Assembly (NCBI GenBank): GCA_963752295.1
Contig: CAVVXV010000012.1
Coordinates: 57,608-121,607, forward strand
Origin: an uncultured beta proteobacterium
GTDB taxonomy: Bacteria > Pseudomonadota > Gammaproteobacteria > Burkholderiales > Burkholderiaceae_C
Direction of reading: 5' to 3'
Length of the DNA stretch: 64,000 nucleotides
Part shown: in pieces, positions 1-9,440 of the stretch
Position numbering within the stretch: the first letter of the stretch is position 1
Layout of the letters: each line of letters opens with the position of its first letter
Position numbers and translations under genes: made by a program
Notes under the pieces: model-generated
Database searches by the model: none
The model's input: only the letters and a program-made list of their open reading frames with translations
Told to the model about the DNA's origin: nothing

Positions 1-284
1 CGGCGCCGGTGCGATATGGATGTCCATGCGATCTCCGTGAGTGGTGTGCCGGGACTCCCGATGTGCCGGCATCGTACGAGGCGGCCGGCGCGCCGCACGG
101 CGGCAGGGATTCTGCAACCGTTGGCAAGAGCCGTTCGCAGGTGCGCCCCGGGAAAGTCCTACCCGTGCCCGCGGCTTGCCGCGCAGCGACAACGGGTGTA
201 CACAGACGACGTCGGCCCCCGGCATCGTCTGCGGACGGCGCCGAAGGACGCTCCTCGAACGCATCCCTCGACCAAGGAGGAACC

Positions 285-800
285 ATGCGCAGACGGATCT
301 ACTGGCTCGTGCCCGGCCTGGACAGCGCCAGGCGCACGATGAACGACCTGCTGCTCGCCCGCATCGCGGAGCAGCACATCCACTTCGTCGGCGGCTCCGA
401 TGCCGACATGAGCGGGCTGCATGAAGCCAACGTGCTGCAGACGTCCGACGTGGTGCGCGCCGCGCAGATGGGACTGATGGTGGGCGGCCTGGTGGGCGCC
501 TTGCTGGGTGTCGCCGCCGCGGTGATGTTCCCGATCGTGGGCGATCAGCCGCAGTGGGGCGTCGCCGCCGTGCTGGCCATTGCCGGTGCGATATTCGGCG
601 CGTGGGCGGCGAGCCTGGTCGGTGCCTCGGTGCCGAGCCACCGCTTGCGGCGCTTCCAGCACGCCCTCGAGCAAGGGCAGATCCTTCTCATGGTCGATGT
701 GCCCCGCGCGCGCATCGACGACATCGAGGACCTGCTGCGTTCGGCCCATCCCGAGGCGCACGACGAGGGCTTCGAGCCGAACATCCCTGCGTTTCCCTGA
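285..800 (+). CDS. DUF1269-like membrane protein
   Basis: AGGAGG RBS at 275-280, ATG at 285. MRRRIYWLVP start, two Gly/Ala-rich TM segments, and a C-terminal 'GQILLMVDVP...HPEAH..G.EP.IPAFP' typical of this betaproteobacterial family. Confidence 0.75.
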   Translation: MRRRIYWLVPGLDSARRTMNDLLLARIAEQHIHFVGGSDADMSGLHEANVLQTSDVVRAAQMGLMVGGLVGALLGVAAAVMFPIVGDQPQWGVAAVLAIAGAIFGAWAASLVGASVPSHRLRRFQHALEQGQILLMVDVPRARIDDIEDLLRSAHPEAHDEGFEPNIPAFP

Positions 801-842
801 AGCAGCAGCCGCCCATGGCGGCTTGACGACCTGGAGGTGACG

Positions 843-1346
843 ATGGAACTGCGAATGCAATCGCACGAATGGGTGGCGCGCAAGCCCGACTGGGCGGCCG
901 CGGTGGGCGCGGGCCTGGTGGCGGGTGCCGTGTTCATGGTGTTCGAGCTGCTGTGGGCGGCTTCGATCGGCAACGAAGGCCCGTGGTATGCGTCGCACCA
1001 CATCGCCGCCATCGTGCTCGGGCCGCAGGCCCTGGCATCGGCCGGCTTCGACCTCACGGTAGTCGCCGTCGCGCTCATCACGCACTACGTGCTGGGCGTG
1101 GTCTTCACGCTCGTGCTGGCCACGATCATCGCCGGCTTCCACTACGAGTCGAGCTTCGGTGTGGTCGAGACGATCGGTCTCGTGTTCGGGGGCTTGCTGT
1201 ACCTGTTCAGCTTCCACGCCATGACGAACTTCTTCCCGTGGATGGCCGACCTGCGCGGATGGGCGAGCTTCATCGGCCATCTGGCATTCGGACTGGCTGC
1301 GGCGATGGGGTACGTCCAGCTCAGGCGGCCGAGGCCGGACGACTGA
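843..1346 (+). CDS. Hypothetical 4-TM membrane protein
   Basis: GGAGG RBS before ATG 843. Four hydrophobic helices with intramembrane His residues (THYVLG, GHLAFG). Confidence 0.75.
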   Translation: MELRMQSHEWVARKPDWAAAVGAGLVAGAVFMVFELLWAASIGNEGPWYASHHIAAIVLGPQALASAGFDLTVVAVALITHYVLGVVFTLVLATIIAGFHYESSFGVVETIGLVFGGLLYLFSFHAMTNFFPWMADLRGWASFIGHLAFGLAAAMGYVQLRRPRPDD

Positions 1347-1354
1347 GCTTCAGG

Positions 1355-1377
1355 GGCGGCGCCGCGACGGCGCCGCC
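1355..1377 (+). terminator. GC-rich hairpin, probable terminator
   Basis: GGCGGCGCCG-CGA-CGGCGCCGCC just after the stop at 1346. A second hairpin CCGGGGCCGCCT/AGGCGGCCCCGG lies at about 1407-1431. The U-tail is weak. Confidence 0.45.
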
Positions 1378-1650
1378 GTTCGCAAAGACTGTCATCAAGC
1401 CATCGTCCGGGGCCGCCTCAGGCGGCCCCGGCTTCGGTGCGAACACCTGTGCGGGTCCCTTCCGCACCTGACGTTGGTCACGTCAGCTGGCCGCACCCAT
1501 GGCCGACGGGCGCGCCCCGGCGCGGGAGCGCCGTTTGCTCCGACGGGCCATTGCCACCCTCTCCTGGCTGCAAATCACCGCGATTTGCCGAGGCTGCGGG
1601 TGCCGTTGCGAAAAATCTGCACACCCGCCGTCAAACCTGGAGGATCTTGC

Positions 1651-2100
1651 ATGCCCAGACTCGCCGCTGCGCTGGCAGCCCTCGCCGTGACCGGTTGCGC
1701 AAGCGGTCCGTCGGTCAATGCACCGCCTGACCCGGTGCACAGCCGTGCGCCTCAGAACTACGAGGCCGTCGTGTCCAACTACTTCGAACTCGCCATGCCG
1801 GACGCGCCGGCTGGACACAAGCTGGTGTTCGGCTCGCCCGAGCTTTCCGATTGCACCCTCTACGCGCCCGGGGGGCGGCATCTCAGCTGGGTGGTGCCTG
1901 TGGTCGAAGATCCCGACCATTCGGCACATGCCGCGGCGCGGCCGGTGGGGCGCCGAGAGGAACTGGCCGCGCGCCGCGTGAAGGGAGATCAGGGAAGAGT
2001 GTCGCTGGACGAAGTCAGCGTCAGGGGCACGCGCTACTTCTTCTGGTTCAGCAATGACACCATCGGCGCCGTGACGCGTCGAGCCGACCTTTGCCCCTGA
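1651..2100 (+). CDS. Hypothetical lipoprotein
   Basis: GGAGG RBS and signal peptide with lipobox-like AVTGC. Confidence 0.7.
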   Translation: MPRLAAALAALAVTGCASGPSVNAPPDPVHSRAPQNYEAVVSNYFELAMPDAPAGHKLVFGSPELSDCTLYAPGGRHLSWVVPVVEDPDHSAHAAARPVGRREELAARRVKGDQGRVSLDEVSVRGTRYFFWFSNDTIGAVTRRADLCP

Positions 2101-2154
2101 GTCCTGCCGCGCGCGTTCGCGCGCCATGCATTCGCGAACGCGCGCCGACGCGGC

Positions 2155-2967
2155 TCAATGGGTGCGCAATCGCAGGTTCTCGGCCACCGCGTGGACGAAT
2201 GCGGCGGCTGCGCGCAACCGGCCGTCGTCGTTCAGGTGTCCGCCGTCGCTGGTGTAGGGCTGAGCGAGCGTGTAGACGGTGGTGCCATTGGCGGTGAAAC
2301 TGCTTCGGCTGCCGTCGGGCAGTGTCGACTCCACGGCGGCGATGTCGAACAGCCCTTCGTGGAATCGTTCGCGCACGCCCTGGTTATAGGCGTGGCGCAC
2401 GGCGTTGTCGGCGTCTTCCCAAGTGGAGCGGCCGAGCCAGCGCTTGATGCGCGTCTTCCAGCCGGGCGGATCGGCGCGCAACGGTGCCGTGACCGGCATG
2501 ATGCGCATGCCGGGATGGCGCGCCTGGAGCGCCCGAACATCGGCGGTGTAGCGATCGAGCAGCCCGTCCCGCCCGCGTGCGTCGCTGCCCAGGTCCTCGA
2601 AGCAGAACTTGAGTGCGGCGACGTCGTAGCCGGCCTGTCCCTGCGCATCGACGAGCCGCATGAACGCCTCGAGCTTGCCGTCAGGCTCGCCATTGGCGCC
2701 GATGAACAGATGGAACAGTCCGGGCTTGTCGTCGGGCGGCGCGCCGTCGATCTGCTGGATTCGCAGCGGCACCCCGGCACGCTGCGAGAGGGTGCGCACG
2801 CCGTCGAGAATGTCGCGGCCCACCGACTGGTGCGCAAAAAGCACCCTCGCCTTGGCGACGGTCTCCAGGTCGTGCTTGAGTGTGGTCATGTCCAACGGTT
2901 GCTCTGCCCGCCCGGCCTGGCAGGCGGTCAACAGTGCCAGCGATGCCAGCACCATGAGTCGCATCAT
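2155..2967 (-). CDS. Putative SGNH-like hydrolase/acyltransferase lipoprotein
   Basis: Lipobox LLTAC, N-terminal FAHQSVG (Ser) and C-terminal DGGHLN (DxxH) motifs. An alternative start at 3108 overlaps the upstream stop (ATGA). Confidence 0.65.
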   Translation of the reverse strand: MMRLMVLASLALLTACQAGRAEQPLDMTTLKHDLETVAKARVLFAHQSVGRDILDGVRTLSQRAGVPLRIQQIDGAPPDDKPGLFHLFIGANGEPDGKLEAFMRLVDAQGQAGYDVAALKFCFEDLGSDARGRDGLLDRYTADVRALQARHPGMRIMPVTAPLRADPPGWKTRIKRWLGRSTWEDADNAVRHAYNQGVRERFHEGLFDIAAVESTLPDGSRSSFTANGTTVYTLAQPYTSDGGHLNDDGRLRAAAAFVHAVAENLRLRTH

Positions 2968-3104
2968 GTGCACGATGACATGACCCGGGTCGCGGCGGCG
3001 GCCACGGGCCTTTGCGCTCGCGCACGACCGGCTGCAGGCGTCATCGCTGGCGACAAGCCCCGAGCTGCCAGGCCTGCGGACAAGGGAGGGTGCAGAAGCG
3101 GTGT

Positions 3105-3656
3105 TCATGAAGCGGGATCGGTCGTCTCTTCGGGCCGTTTTCTCCAGCCGACCACCCGACCCGGGTTGCCAGCCACCAGCGCATAGGGCGGCACGGACTT
3201 GTTCACCACCGTGCCCGCCGAAATGATGGCACCGCGGTGGATCGTCACGCCAGGCATCACGAACACATTCGCGCCGAGCCACACATCATCCTCGATGACG
3301 ACTTCCTTGTAGTCCCAGCCCTGCAGGAGCCAGGGCGTGTCAGGATCGTCGAAACGGTGATTGACCGACCACACCTTCACGTCGGGCCCGAATCCCACCC
3401 AGTCGCCGATGCGCACGCCGCCGCCGCCGGTGATGAACGCGCCCGTGCCGATATTGCAATGGGACCCGATGGACACCTTCTCGGGCATCGTGACTCGAAA
3501 GCCCTGCTGAAGCACCGTGTCGCTCCCGAGGTGGCCGAGAAAATGCGGCATCAGCCGGGCCCGCATCCACTGCCCCGTGCGAAGCGGAACCGCAGCGAGC
3601 AGCCACAGCACGAAGTGCTTGAGCTCGATGCGCAATTCCCAGAAGCGGCGTTTCAA
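3105..3656 (-). CDS. Hexapeptide-repeat (LbH) O-acyltransferase
   Basis: VSIGSHCNIG, VRIGDWVGFG, VVIEDDVWLGANVFVMPGVTI and AGNPGRV motifs of the maltose/galactoside acetyltransferase family. Confidence 0.9.
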   Translation of the reverse strand: MKRRFWELRIELKHFVLWLLAAVPLRTGQWMRARLMPHFLGHLGSDTVLQQGFRVTMPEKVSIGSHCNIGTGAFITGGGGVRIGDWVGFGPDVKVWSVNHRFDDPDTPWLLQGWDYKEVVIEDDVWLGANVFVMPGVTIHRGAIISAGTVVNKSVPPYALVAGNPGRVVGWRKRPEETTDPAS

Positions 3657-3677
3657 CGGTTCACCCCGGTGCTCGCG

Positions 3678-4493
3678 TCAGGCCCGGCGCCTTGCGAGGA
3701 GAAGTTCCATCGAAGGCCCCTCGCTTCGCACGCCTCCCAGCAGCGTGTCGACGGCGTAGCCGAACGCCCCTGCCGCGCCGGGCAAGCGCTCGATCCACGG
3801 ATGCAGCCGCTTCCAAAGCGCATCCATGCGCTCCGCGCCGCGAACCGTGGCGCAATCGTTGACCTGGATCATGCAGAAGAAGATGGGCGTGCGCGAGACG
3901 ATGTCGAAGCCTGCTGCATCGAGGATGCGCTCCCAGTCGGACAGCGACCGCCAGCGAATATAGCCCCGGTCTTCGCTCGGCCGATGCAGGAACTGGTCAT
4001 GCAGCGCGAACAGCCCGCCCGCATGAAGGCACTCGGCGATGTTGCCCATGGCCACGGCCAGCCGGGCATCGTCGACGACGTGATAGAGCACGTCGAGTGC
4101 CGTGGCAAGGTCGTGGCGTTCGCCGATTTCCTGGGCGAGGCCCGGCTCGGTCACGTCGCGCCGCATGAAGCGCCAGCCCGGATGCTTCGCGCGCAGGTGC
4201 TCCGTGGCCGCGGTGCTGATGTCCAGGCCCGTCAGCTCGCGCACGCCCAGGCTTTTCCAGAAGTCCACATACACGCCCGTGCCCGCGCCCACCTCGAGCA
4301 CGCGTTTTCCCGCGGCGCGAAAACCCGCGTTCAACAAGGCGCGGCCCAGCACCGCCTGCTTGCGGCGGTACAGCCAGCGGTTGTAGGCCTCGGGCAGATC
4401 GCGGTGGCCCGAGCGCGTGAGGTCGAGGCTGCTGTAGCGCTCTTCCCAGAAGCGCTCGGGGACGTATTCAGGTTTCTTCTCGGCGCCGGCCAT
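3678..4493 (-). CDS. Class I SAM-dependent methyltransferase
   Basis: VLEVGAGTG, GLDIS and DVLYHV motifs. ATG at 4493 overlaps the upstream stop (TGATG). Confidence 0.88.
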   Translation of the reverse strand: MAGAEKKPEYVPERFWEERYSSLDLTRSGHRDLPEAYNRWLYRRKQAVLGRALLNAGFRAAGKRVLEVGAGTGVYVDFWKSLGVRELTGLDISTAATEHLRAKHPGWRFMRRDVTEPGLAQEIGERHDLATALDVLYHVVDDARLAVAMGNIAECLHAGGLFALHDQFLHRPSEDRGYIRWRSLSDWERILDAAGFDIVSRTPIFFCMIQVNDCATVRGAERMDALWKRLHPWIERLPGAAGAFGYAVDTLLGGVRSEGPSMELLLARRRA

Positions 4494-5467
4494 CACGACA
4501 CTCCTTCGACGGCTTCGACCAGCAAGGGCGACTGGTGCTGGTAGCGCGTCGTCGAGCGCTTGGTGTCGATGTCCTTGAACGCATGGGCCACCTGGGCTTC
4601 GCTCAGGCCTGCGGCGGCTGCCGTGTCGGCCGTCGAGATGCCATGGTTCTTTGCATAGAGGCACAGGTCGAGCTGATCGAACGGCAGGCTGAAATAGAAC
4701 TCGTCCTGCCCTTGCGGAAGTGAATAGGTGTCGGTCGTGGGCGGGCGCCGGCGAATCTCGTCGGGCACGCCCAGGAACTCCGCCAACTGGTAGACCTGCG
4801 TCTTGTACAGGTGCGCGATGGGCTTGAGGTCGGCCGCGCCGTCGCCCTGCTTCACGAAGAATCCCTGGTCGTATTCCAGGCGATTGGGCGTGCCGATCAC
4901 GGCATAGTGAAGCCGGTCGGCCCAGTGGTACTCCACCATCTTTCGCACGCGCTGCTTGAAGTTCGTGGCCGCGACGATCGCCAGGTAGGCCGTGAGGGTC
5001 AGGCGTTGCCGTACCTCGCGGCCGTCGGGAGCGCGCGCCACCACCGAATAGAAGTTCAGGCCCTGATGCTCCGGGCCGGGCAGGACGATCTTGAACTTCC
5101 AGTCTGGCGTGAAGCCGGGCACGACCTCTGCCACGGCCGCGTCGCGCCGTTCGTAGCAGCGAAGCGCACCCAGCGCCGGGGCAATGTCCTCGACTTCGCA
5201 GCGGATGCCCAGGTGCTGCGCGAGCTCGCGACCCAGGCGCAGCGAATCCGGATCGGAATCGGCCTCGGGCATGCACAGTCCGACGACGCGCTGCGGCCCG
5301 AGTGCCCGCACGGCCAGCGCCGCGCACACCGAACTGTCGATGCCGCCTGACAGCCCGAGTACCAGTCCCTTGCGCCGCAGCTCGCGCACCTGGCCGCGCA
5401 TGGCCCCCGCGATGCGATCGGACTCTGCAGCGGCATCCAGCCGCAAGGCGCTCCTGTCGAAATTCAT
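4493..5467 (-). CDS. nadE: NH3-dependent NAD(+) synthase-like ATP pyrophosphatase
   Basis: LGLSGGIDSSV PP-loop, NFKQRVRK, GTPNRLE, GFFVKQGDG and KPIAHLYKTQVY motifs. No glutaminase domain. Context suggests a specialised paralog. Confidence 0.8.
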   Translation of the reverse strand: MNFDRSALRLDAAAESDRIAGAMRGQVRELRRKGLVLGLSGGIDSSVCAALAVRALGPQRVVGLCMPEADSDPDSLRLGRELAQHLGIRCEVEDIAPALGALRCYERRDAAVAEVVPGFTPDWKFKIVLPGPEHQGLNFYSVVARAPDGREVRQRLTLTAYLAIVAATNFKQRVRKMVEYHWADRLHYAVIGTPNRLEYDQGFFVKQGDGAADLKPIAHLYKTQVYQLAEFLGVPDEIRRRPPTTDTYSLPQGQDEFYFSLPFDQLDLCLYAKNHGISTADTAAAAGLSEAQVAHAFKDIDTKRSTTRYQHQSPLLVEAVEGVS

Positions 5468-5497
5468 GTCGGCCTCCTCGTCATGCCAGCGCCCCGC

Positions 5498-7057
5498 TCA
5501 CGACAGTCCTTGCTTGCTGATCTTGCCGCTGGAGGTCTTCGGCAGCGCATCGACGAATGCGACATGCTTGGGAACCCTGAACTTCTCCAGCCGCCGCTGG
5601 CAATGCTTGATGACGTCCGCCTCGGTGAGGCTGGCGCCTTCGCGCAGTGCCAGGAAGGCCTTGATTGCACTGCCCAGCGTCTCGTCGGGCACGCCGATCA
5701 CGGCGGCTTCCGTCACCTCCTCGAGCTCGTACAGGACGTTCTCGACCTCGCGCGGGCCGACTCGCTCGCCGGCGGTCTTGATGAGGTCGTCGCGACGAGC
5801 GATGAAGTAGAGATGTCCATCCTCGTCCTGGCGGAACAGATCCCCCGTGCGCAGTTCCCGCTCCCAGGGGTGACGCCCGGGCCTGAGGGCACGCGCCGTC
5901 TCTTCGGGCCGGTTCCAGTAGCCCACCATCACATGCGCGCCGCGCACGATCAGCTCACCCGGCGTGCCGGGCGTGTCGACGACACGGCCGGCCTCGTCCT
6001 CGATCCAGACCTCGGTGTCGGGAATCGCGATCCCGACCGACGTGGGCTTGGCGTCGATCAGCTCCGGCGGCAGGTAGGCCACGCGCTTGCATTCGGTCAG
6101 GCCGTACATCGAGTAGAGACGGGCAGCCGGCATCACCTGGCGCAGCCGCCGGATGTGATGCACGGGCAGCGCCTGCGCCGTGTTGGTGAGGTATCGCACC
6201 GAGGAGAAGTCGTGCGCTTCCAGGTCCTTCAGGTGAAGCAGGATGGCGCTGATCGTCGGGACGATCGGCAGGCCGGTCACCTTCTCGCGCGAGATGAGCT
6301 CGATGTACTGGTACGGGTATGTGAACTGCTTTTCGAGCACCACCGTGCCGCCGAACTGCATGGCCATCAGCACCTGGTACAGCCCATAGTCGAAGGCCAG
6401 CGGCAAGGGGCTGAGGATGATGTCGCCGGGCTCGTTGCGCAGGTAGGTGCTGATCGAGAGGGCCGCGCTCACCATGTTCAGGTGCGTGAGCGTCACGCCC
6501 TTAGGCAGCCCCGTCGAGCCCGAGGTGTAGACCAGGCTTGCCAGGTCGAGGTTGATATTGCGGTTGGCGGGCAGCTCGCCCGAATGCGCGGCCAGCAGTT
6601 CGCCGAGGGAATGCAGCGTTCGGGACAGGCCGAGCAGCTCGCGCAGGCGATCATGCGCGGCGGGCCGGCCGTCGGTCACGACCACGTGGGTGAGCGAGGC
6701 GCAATCGGCCACGTCGGCGGCCACGGCTTCGATGGCGCGCGTGGAGGTGAGCAGGATGCGCGCGTCGCAGTCGTTCAGGATGAAGGCGAGCTTGTCGCCC
6801 TTGGTCTGCGGGTTGACGACCACGAACACACCCGAGGCCTTCATCGCCGCGTACAGCCCCTGGACCGCCTCGACGCAGTTGTCGAGATAGATCACCACGC
6901 GATCCTGCCGCGACAGGCCCATGGCTCGAAACGCATGCGCCAGGGCGTTGGCGTCACCGTCGATCTCGGCGTAGCTGGCGCGGCGCGCGCCGCAGATCAG
7001 TGCGGTCTTGTCCGGGTCGCGCTGCGCACTGTCGTGCAGCGTGCGATCAAGCAGCAT
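5498..7057 (-). CDS. AMP-forming acyl-CoA/acyl-ACP ligase (class I adenylate-forming enzyme)
   Basis: YTSGSTGLPKG, YGLTE, RTGD and LPKTSSGKI motifs. Confidence 0.92.
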   Translation of the reverse strand: MLLDRTLHDSAQRDPDKTALICGARRASYAEIDGDANALAHAFRAMGLSRQDRVVIYLDNCVEAVQGLYAAMKASGVFVVVNPQTKGDKLAFILNDCDARILLTSTRAIEAVAADVADCASLTHVVVTDGRPAAHDRLRELLGLSRTLHSLGELLAAHSGELPANRNINLDLASLVYTSGSTGLPKGVTLTHLNMVSAALSISTYLRNEPGDIILSPLPLAFDYGLYQVLMAMQFGGTVVLEKQFTYPYQYIELISREKVTGLPIVPTISAILLHLKDLEAHDFSSVRYLTNTAQALPVHHIRRLRQVMPAARLYSMYGLTECKRVAYLPPELIDAKPTSVGIAIPDTEVWIEDEAGRVVDTPGTPGELIVRGAHVMVGYWNRPEETARALRPGRHPWERELRTGDLFRQDEDGHLYFIARRDDLIKTAGERVGPREVENVLYELEEVTEAAVIGVPDETLGSAIKAFLALREGASLTEADVIKHCQRRLEKFRVPKHVAFVDALPKTSSGKISKQGLS

Positions 7058-7310
7058 CTTGCTTGCGCATCACGAACTGCACGAGACGGTCGACCGAATC
7101 GAGGTTCTCCGGGACGAGTTCGCGGTCCTGGATCTTGAGTCCGAAGGTCTCCTCCAGGAACATCACGACCTCGAGCACGCCGGTCGAATCGATCGTGCCG
7201 CTGTCGATGAACGATTCCTCATCCTCGAGCATGGCCGACCCGTCGCCCATCAGCAACTCGTCCTGCACGAAGCGCCGTATCTCAGAGCGCAACTGGTGTT
7301 CGCTGTTCAT
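7047..7310 (-). CDS. Acyl carrier protein
   Basis: 87 aa, acidic, with GTIDSTG phosphopantetheine Ser motif and PENLDSV C-terminus. Overlaps both neighbours. Confidence 0.9.
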   Translation of the reverse strand: MNSEHQLRSEIRRFVQDELLMGDGSAMLEDEESFIDSGTIDSTGVLEVVMFLEETFGLKIQDRELVPENLDSVDRLVQFVMRKQDAA

Positions 7311-9246
7311 TCGAAGTTCCCCGACCGGATGCCTGCTTTGTATTGAAGAGGTGATGCAGCAACTGCACCGAGGCGATGGTGGCCACGCCCATCTCCTCGC
7401 GTTCGCTCAGGCCGGCCGCAGCGGCCTTGGCCATCAGTTTGCCCACGACGCCGGCATTCGCGATGCCGGTGTCGCGAAGGGCGTCGGGCAGCAGCAATTG
7501 CGCGGCGAGATTGTCGCAGCCCGGGGCCAAGCTCTCGGCAATGGGTGCGCGGTACGGCTTCTTGGTGCGAGCGGTGATGGCCCGCGGCACCGCGTCGTCG
7601 AACGCGCGCTTCAGGATGTACTTTTCCTTCAAGCCGCGAATCTTGAAGCGCGGCGGAATTCGTGCAGCCAACTCGATCAGCCGGTGGTCGAGGAACGGCA
7701 CGCGACCCTCCACCGAATGGCCCATCATCATGCGGTCGCCCTGTGAACTCAGCAGGTAGCCCGACATGAACAAGGTCATTTCGAGATATTGCGCACGGCA
7801 CAGCGGATGCCAGCGCTCGCGGCCGGGATCGAGGTAGGCCTCGAGCTCGGCGGCCATGGTCTGGTCATCCTGCATCTGTGCGCGGAACTCGGGGGCGAAC
7901 AGTCGGTGCATGTGCGCGCCGTTGTTCCAGCGCAGCCGATGCGAGTAGAAGGGGTCGCCGGTGTTCTCGAGGCCGCCGCGAAAGAACATGCGCCAGAACG
8001 CCTCGGCACGCGGATCGCGATCGACGTCGCCGTACAGGCGCGACAGCAACGCGGGACGCCAGGCGGAGTCGGGCTGGCGAGCCCAGAAGCGGCGGATCTT
8101 GTCTTCGCGAAAGAGGTCGTAGCCGCCGAAGATCTCGTCGGCGCCCTCGCCGGTCAGCACCACCTTGATCCCGCTGTCGTGCACCAGCCCCGAAAGCCGC
8201 AGCAGCGGCGCCGGTGCCGTGCGCATGATGGGCCGTTCGGCGAACCACACGACATCGGCAAACGCGCGGCCGATGTCGGCGCCGTCGACGCTCACCTCGC
8301 GATGGCGGGTGTGCAGGTGAGTGGCCATGAGGCGTTGGAACTCGCGCTCGTCGAAGCGCGGGTCGGCGAACCCGACGGAGAAGGTCATCAGGTCGTTGAT
8401 GTGATGGTGCTGGACCAGCGTCGTGAGGATCGACGAATCGAGTCCGCCGCTCAGGTAGGTCGCCACCGGCACATCCGATCGGAGCTGCAAGCGCACGGCA
8501 TCGTGCAGCAGCTCCCGAACCTGCCCGCACCAGTGGTCCAGGGTGCGCTCCTCGTAGTCTCCCTCGGCCGGAAACTCGTGCCGCCAGTATTGGCGCAGGC
8601 TGCGCCGACCGTTCTCGCATACCAGCATCCGCCCGGGTCCGAGCTCTTCCACGCCCTTGAAGGAGGTGCGCGGCGGCACGCTCACCCACAAGGTGCTGCA
8701 CTGCCCCACCGCGACAGGATCGATCTCGGGTGTCACGCCGCCGTGCGCGAACAGCGCCTTCATCTCTGACCCGAAGAGCAGCGTGCCGTCCGCGAGCGTG
8801 GCATGGAACAGGGGCCGGATGCCCACGCGATCGCGCACGAGCACGAGACGGCGCCGCACACTGTCCCACAAGGCGATGGCGAACTGGCCGTTCAGGGCCT
8901 GCACGAAGTCGAGGCCGCGGTCCTCGTACAGATGGACCAGCGTCTCGGTGTCGCTGCGCGTCTTGAACACGTGCCCGCGCTTTTCCAGGTCGGCACGCAG
9001 CTCGAGGTAGTTGAAGATCTCGCCGTTGAAGGCCACCCAGATCGTGCCGTCCTCGTTGCACAGCGGCTGCTGGCCGGTGTGCTGATCGATGATGGACAGG
9101 CGACGATGACCCAGGCCGATGCCGGGCGCCTCATGGAAGCCTTCTTCGTCGGGACCGCGGTGGGCGAGTGCGCGCGCCATGCGACGCAATGCAGCCCCGT
9201 CGATGGGGCGCCTGTCGAAGTGCAGGATGCCCGCAACGCCGCACAT
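7282..9246 (-). CDS. asnB: Asparagine synthase (glutamine-hydrolysing)-family amidotransferase
   Basis: MCGVAG N-terminal Cys nucleophile, HRGPD, RRLSIID, FNGEIFNY, SGGLDSS, TGEGADE and EGRVPFLD motifs. Confidence 0.93.
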   Translation of the reverse strand: MCGVAGILHFDRRPIDGAALRRMARALAHRGPDEEGFHEAPGIGLGHRRLSIIDQHTGQQPLCNEDGTIWVAFNGEIFNYLELRADLEKRGHVFKTRSDTETLVHLYEDRGLDFVQALNGQFAIALWDSVRRRLVLVRDRVGIRPLFHATLADGTLLFGSEMKALFAHGGVTPEIDPVAVGQCSTLWVSVPPRTSFKGVEELGPGRMLVCENGRRSLRQYWRHEFPAEGDYEERTLDHWCGQVRELLHDAVRLQLRSDVPVATYLSGGLDSSILTTLVQHHHINDLMTFSVGFADPRFDEREFQRLMATHLHTRHREVSVDGADIGRAFADVVWFAERPIMRTAPAPLLRLSGLVHDSGIKVVLTGEGADEIFGGYDLFREDKIRRFWARQPDSAWRPALLSRLYGDVDRDPRAEAFWRMFFRGGLENTGDPFYSHRLRWNNGAHMHRLFAPEFRAQMQDDQTMAAELEAYLDPGRERWHPLCRAQYLEMTLFMSGYLLSSQGDRMMMGHSVEGRVPFLDHRLIELAARIPPRFKIRGLKEKYILKRAFDDAVPRAITARTKKPYRAPIAESLAPGCDNLAAQLLLPDALRDTGIANAGVVGKLMAKAAAAGLSEREEMGVATIASVQLLHHLFNTKQASGRGTSNEQRTPVAL

Positions 9247-9295
9247 GGCCTGAAGTTTCCGGTGGTGGTTTCATGCGAGTATAGGAGCCAGCCCC

Positions 9296-9310
9296 GCTAA
9301 GCAGGTGCCC
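9296..9310 (-). promoter_or_regulatory. Possible sigma-54 -24/-12 promoter of the asnB cassette
   Basis: Minus strand reads GGGCAC-CTGCT-TAGC (GG-N10-GC), with two mismatches to TGGCAC-N5-TTGC, 50 bp upstream of asnB. Confidence 0.3.
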
Positions 9311-9440
9311 ACTATTGCACGCGTTCGAACATGATCGAACGTCGCGGCTCGCGCCTCGCGCGTATCCACGCGCGTGGGGCGGGCACGCCGGCAGTTCGTG
9401 CGATCCTGCGACACTTCGGGCTGCGCACCAGGACGAAAGC

